NCBI GenBank assembly: GCA_030704615.1
Contig: CM060734.1
Span: 15,562,001-15,626,000, forward strand
Length of the DNA: 64,000 nucleotides
Direction: 5' to 3'
DNA from: Takakia lepidozioides
Taxonomy: Eukaryota; Plantae; Bryophyta
The notes beneath the pieces are model-generated. The model worked only from the letters and a program-made list of their open reading frames with translations, ran no database searches and was not told where the DNA came from. Below are positions 61,059 to 64,000 of this stretch, one piece after another. The translations under genes and the position numbers were made by a program. Position 1 is the first letter of the stretch; the number at the start of each line of letters is the position of its first letter.

Positions 61059-61930
61059 TCAAGTCTCTAGCATTCAGTCTAAGAATACAGAAGCAAATGG
61101 GGGTTCGGTGCTCGATCAGCTGCGCGCAGCCCGATCGCGTGGAGCTCTCACTGGTGGCTGGGTTGCCTGAGTGGCCTGCTGCTCGGAGATGGATCTCCTC
61201 CTGAGACGCATCTGTTTTCCTCCCCTTCGGCATTGGCTACGTCCGAAGTATAATTTCCGGAGCTTTGCGACGAGGTCTCCTGTCTGGTGCACGAACTCCC
61301 CCACTCAGGTTCGAGCCATAAGAAGAACAGAGAGAGGGAAAAGGGGCAAAGAGTGCAGATGGAGAAGGGCGAGAGGGGTGACTGAGGAGACACGACAAAA
61401 GTAGATGAAACGGCGGTGGATGCACCACTTGGGTTCGAAGGTTGGACGAAAGTCTCCTCGTGGAGTTTGCGTCATTACGAAATTCGAATTGTTGAGGGTA
61501 CGTCCGCCGTCCGAAAATCAAACATCATTATCCAACGGGTCAGGCCGCGCCGCTCATGCCCCTATCAGTCAGATAGAGTGCCGACATGTTTGCAGCAATT
61601 CAGTTCCGTTGCTCCACGTGTCACATTCAAGGCATTTCCGTCCCAGCGTCTGATGAGTTGGAGCCAGAATGCGAATGCGGCGCCGCATTTAGTTAAGTAC
61701 GATCACTGCACACATCCGTACTTGTTGGAAGAAAATGCGGCACCGCATTTCCGTTCCACCTTCACATACCTTAGTGTTGAACGAAATACGGTGCCGCATT
61801 TCCGTCCCACAGCTCCAAAGTATAGATTCAGAAGGGAAATGCGGCGCCACATTTCCCGTTCCCACTTCACATACGTTAGTTGATGAATGGAAATGCCGTG
61901 CCACATTTCCGTTCGGGAAAGTATAGAGGT

Positions 61931-62430
61931 NNNNNNNNNNNNNNNNNNNNNNNNNNNNNNNNNNNNNNNNNNNNNNNNNNNNNNNNNNNNNNNNNNNNNN
62001 NNNNNNNNNNNNNNNNNNNNNNNNNNNNNNNNNNNNNNNNNNNNNNNNNNNNNNNNNNNNNNNNNNNNNNNNNNNNNNNNNNNNNNNNNNNNNNNNNNNN
62101 NNNNNNNNNNNNNNNNNNNNNNNNNNNNNNNNNNNNNNNNNNNNNNNNNNNNNNNNNNNNNNNNNNNNNNNNNNNNNNNNNNNNNNNNNNNNNNNNNNNN
62201 NNNNNNNNNNNNNNNNNNNNNNNNNNNNNNNNNNNNNNNNNNNNNNNNNNNNNNNNNNNNNNNNNNNNNNNNNNNNNNNNNNNNNNNNNNNNNNNNNNNN
62301 NNNNNNNNNNNNNNNNNNNNNNNNNNNNNNNNNNNNNNNNNNNNNNNNNNNNNNNNNNNNNNNNNNNNNNNNNNNNNNNNNNNNNNNNNNNNNNNNNNNN
62401 NNNNNNNNNNNNNNNNNNNNNNNNNNNNNN
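61931..62430. other. Assembly gap (500 N)
   Basis: Run of N. Confidence 1.
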
Positions 62431-64000
62431 CGATTGTTGAGGGACGTCCGCCGTCCGAAAATCAAACATCATTATCCACGGTCAGGCCGCGCCGCCTCAT
62501 GCCCCTTCAGTCAGATAGAGTGCCGACATGTGGCAGCAATTCCGTTGCTCCACGTGTTCACATTTCAGGGCATTTCCGTCCCAGCGTCTGATGAGTTGGA
62601 GCTCAGAATGCGAATGCGGCGCCGCATTTCCGTTAAGTACGATCACTCTGCTACACATCCTTCTTGTTTTGAAGAAAAATGCGGCAACCGCATTTTCCGT
62701 TCCATCCACCTTCACATACCGTATTTGTTGAAAAAATACGGTGCCGCATTTCCGTCCCACAGCTCATCAGTATGAATTCAGAAGGGAAATGCGGCGCTCA
62801 CATTTCCGTTCCCACTTCATAATACGTTAGTTGATGAATGGAAATGCCTGCACATTTCCGTTCGGGAAAGTATAGGGTCTCACGCTGGACAGAATGCGGG
62901 TGTCCATTCCGTTCTGGAAAGGTTAAAGGTCTCACATGGATGGAAATGCGGCAACACTTTCTCGTAGCACAGCTCCAGGCCGAATACAAAACTGAAATGC
63001 GGCGCCGCATTTCCGTTCGAGAATGTCTTAAGGTGCGACTCGAACGGAAATGCGGTGCCCCGCATTTCTGTACCGCGTGCGGGCATCGTTTTCAGTCAGA
63101 ATGTACATGCGGTACCGCATTTCCGTTCTGTAGAGTATTAACGTCTTGACGCTGGCCAGGAATGGCCTACCCCCGCATTTTTTCGTTCCACAGCTCCATG
63201 CCTCACGATACAAAACAAATGCGGTGCCGCATTTCCGTTTTGGAATCGGAGGTGGGACTCCGACGGAAATGCGGTACCCTAATGCATTTCAATTCCGATG
63301 TTCTGGATATTTCATCAGAACGGAAATGCGGTGCCGGCATTTTCCCTTTTAAATCTAATACATTCCGTCTGGAATGTTGGGGTGGCGACTCGGATGGAAA
63401 TGCGCTGCCGCATTTCATTCCGATGGTTCACGATTTTCAGTCAGAACGGAAATGCGGTGCCGCATTTCCGTTCTGCATGATGGTAGGTGCGACTCGGATG
63501 GAAATACGTTGCCGCAATTCAGTTTCCGTGGTTCACGATTTTCAGTCAGACGGAATGTGGTGCCGCATTTCCGTCTCTGGCCTGATGGTTAGGTGCGACT
63601 CGGATGGAAATACGTTGCGCGTCAATTCAGTTCCGATGGTCACGATTTTCAGTCAGAACGGAATTGCGGGTGGCCGCATTTCCGTTCTGGAATGATGGTA
63701 GGTTCGACTCGATATGGAAATACGGTTGGCCCACGCATTCAGTTCAGATAGTTCGCATTTTCAGTCGAACGGAAATGCGGTGCCGCATTTCCGTTCTGGA
63801 TAGTGTGAATGTCTCAACCGTCTCGGAATTTGCGCTGTATGAAGCTTGCGGAATCTTACTCGGGCCCAGGCATCAGATACAAAATGGAAATGCGGCGGCG
63901 GCCGCATTTCCTTTATGGAATGTCGAAAAGTGCGACTTTGACGGAAATGCGGTGCCGCTTTCTGTTCCCGTTGTTCATAATTCTCAATCAGAACGGAAAT

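Larger units (their letters stand above)
53493..64000 (+). mobile_element. Giant Mutator-like element, family A, copy 2 (left TIR to palindrome array; continues beyond window)
   Basis: Starts GGGGGCTGCTATTTCATGAGCCATGAGCCATGAGC within the Ty3 protease codons GAC ATA GGA G. 54306 onward is collinear with 1-~8430. Confidence 0.9.

Noticed and set aside
61488-62880. Apparent tandem duplication across the gap
   Set aside because: Sequence after the Ns restarts at the equivalent of ~61488; most likely an unmerged contig overlap in error-rich sequence.
58000-64000. Heavy pseudogenisation of A copy 2
   Set aside because: Indels increase toward the gap while the left part is nearly identical to copy 1, which suggests low-coverage read errors rather than decay.

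Overview
Eukaryotic, intron-containing, almost entirely transposon-derived DNA. A non-seed plant or streptophyte host is inferred from the mix of CACTA, Ty3 and Mutator elements. The main content is two related families (A and B) of a large Mutator-like DNA transposon that share one layout: short G-rich TIR, then a multi-exon minus-strand gene fusing a ParB/Srx-like domain (DGNHRLLA) to a beta-class N6A/N4C-type DNA methyltransferase fold, then an array of long DNA palindromes, then a plus-strand GCM-like Zn domain + MULE DDE transposase (with a SWIM finger in B). Element B is complete, 22157-47819, with a 9-bp TSD (CAACTACGC). It sits in an exon of a Ulp1-like protease gene and carries about 14 kb of nested debris (CACTA TnpD fragment, an inverted copy of its own transposase, a near-complete Ty3 element). 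Element A occurs twice (1-~12640 and 53493->64000; the second copy crosses a 500-N gap). Also present: a decayed LINE whose ORF carries RT, a chromodomain, a PCIF1-like methyltransferase remnant, RNase H and a Zn knuckle; a CACTA terminus; and a second Ty3 element. All domain calls come from motif recognition by eye; no database searches were run.
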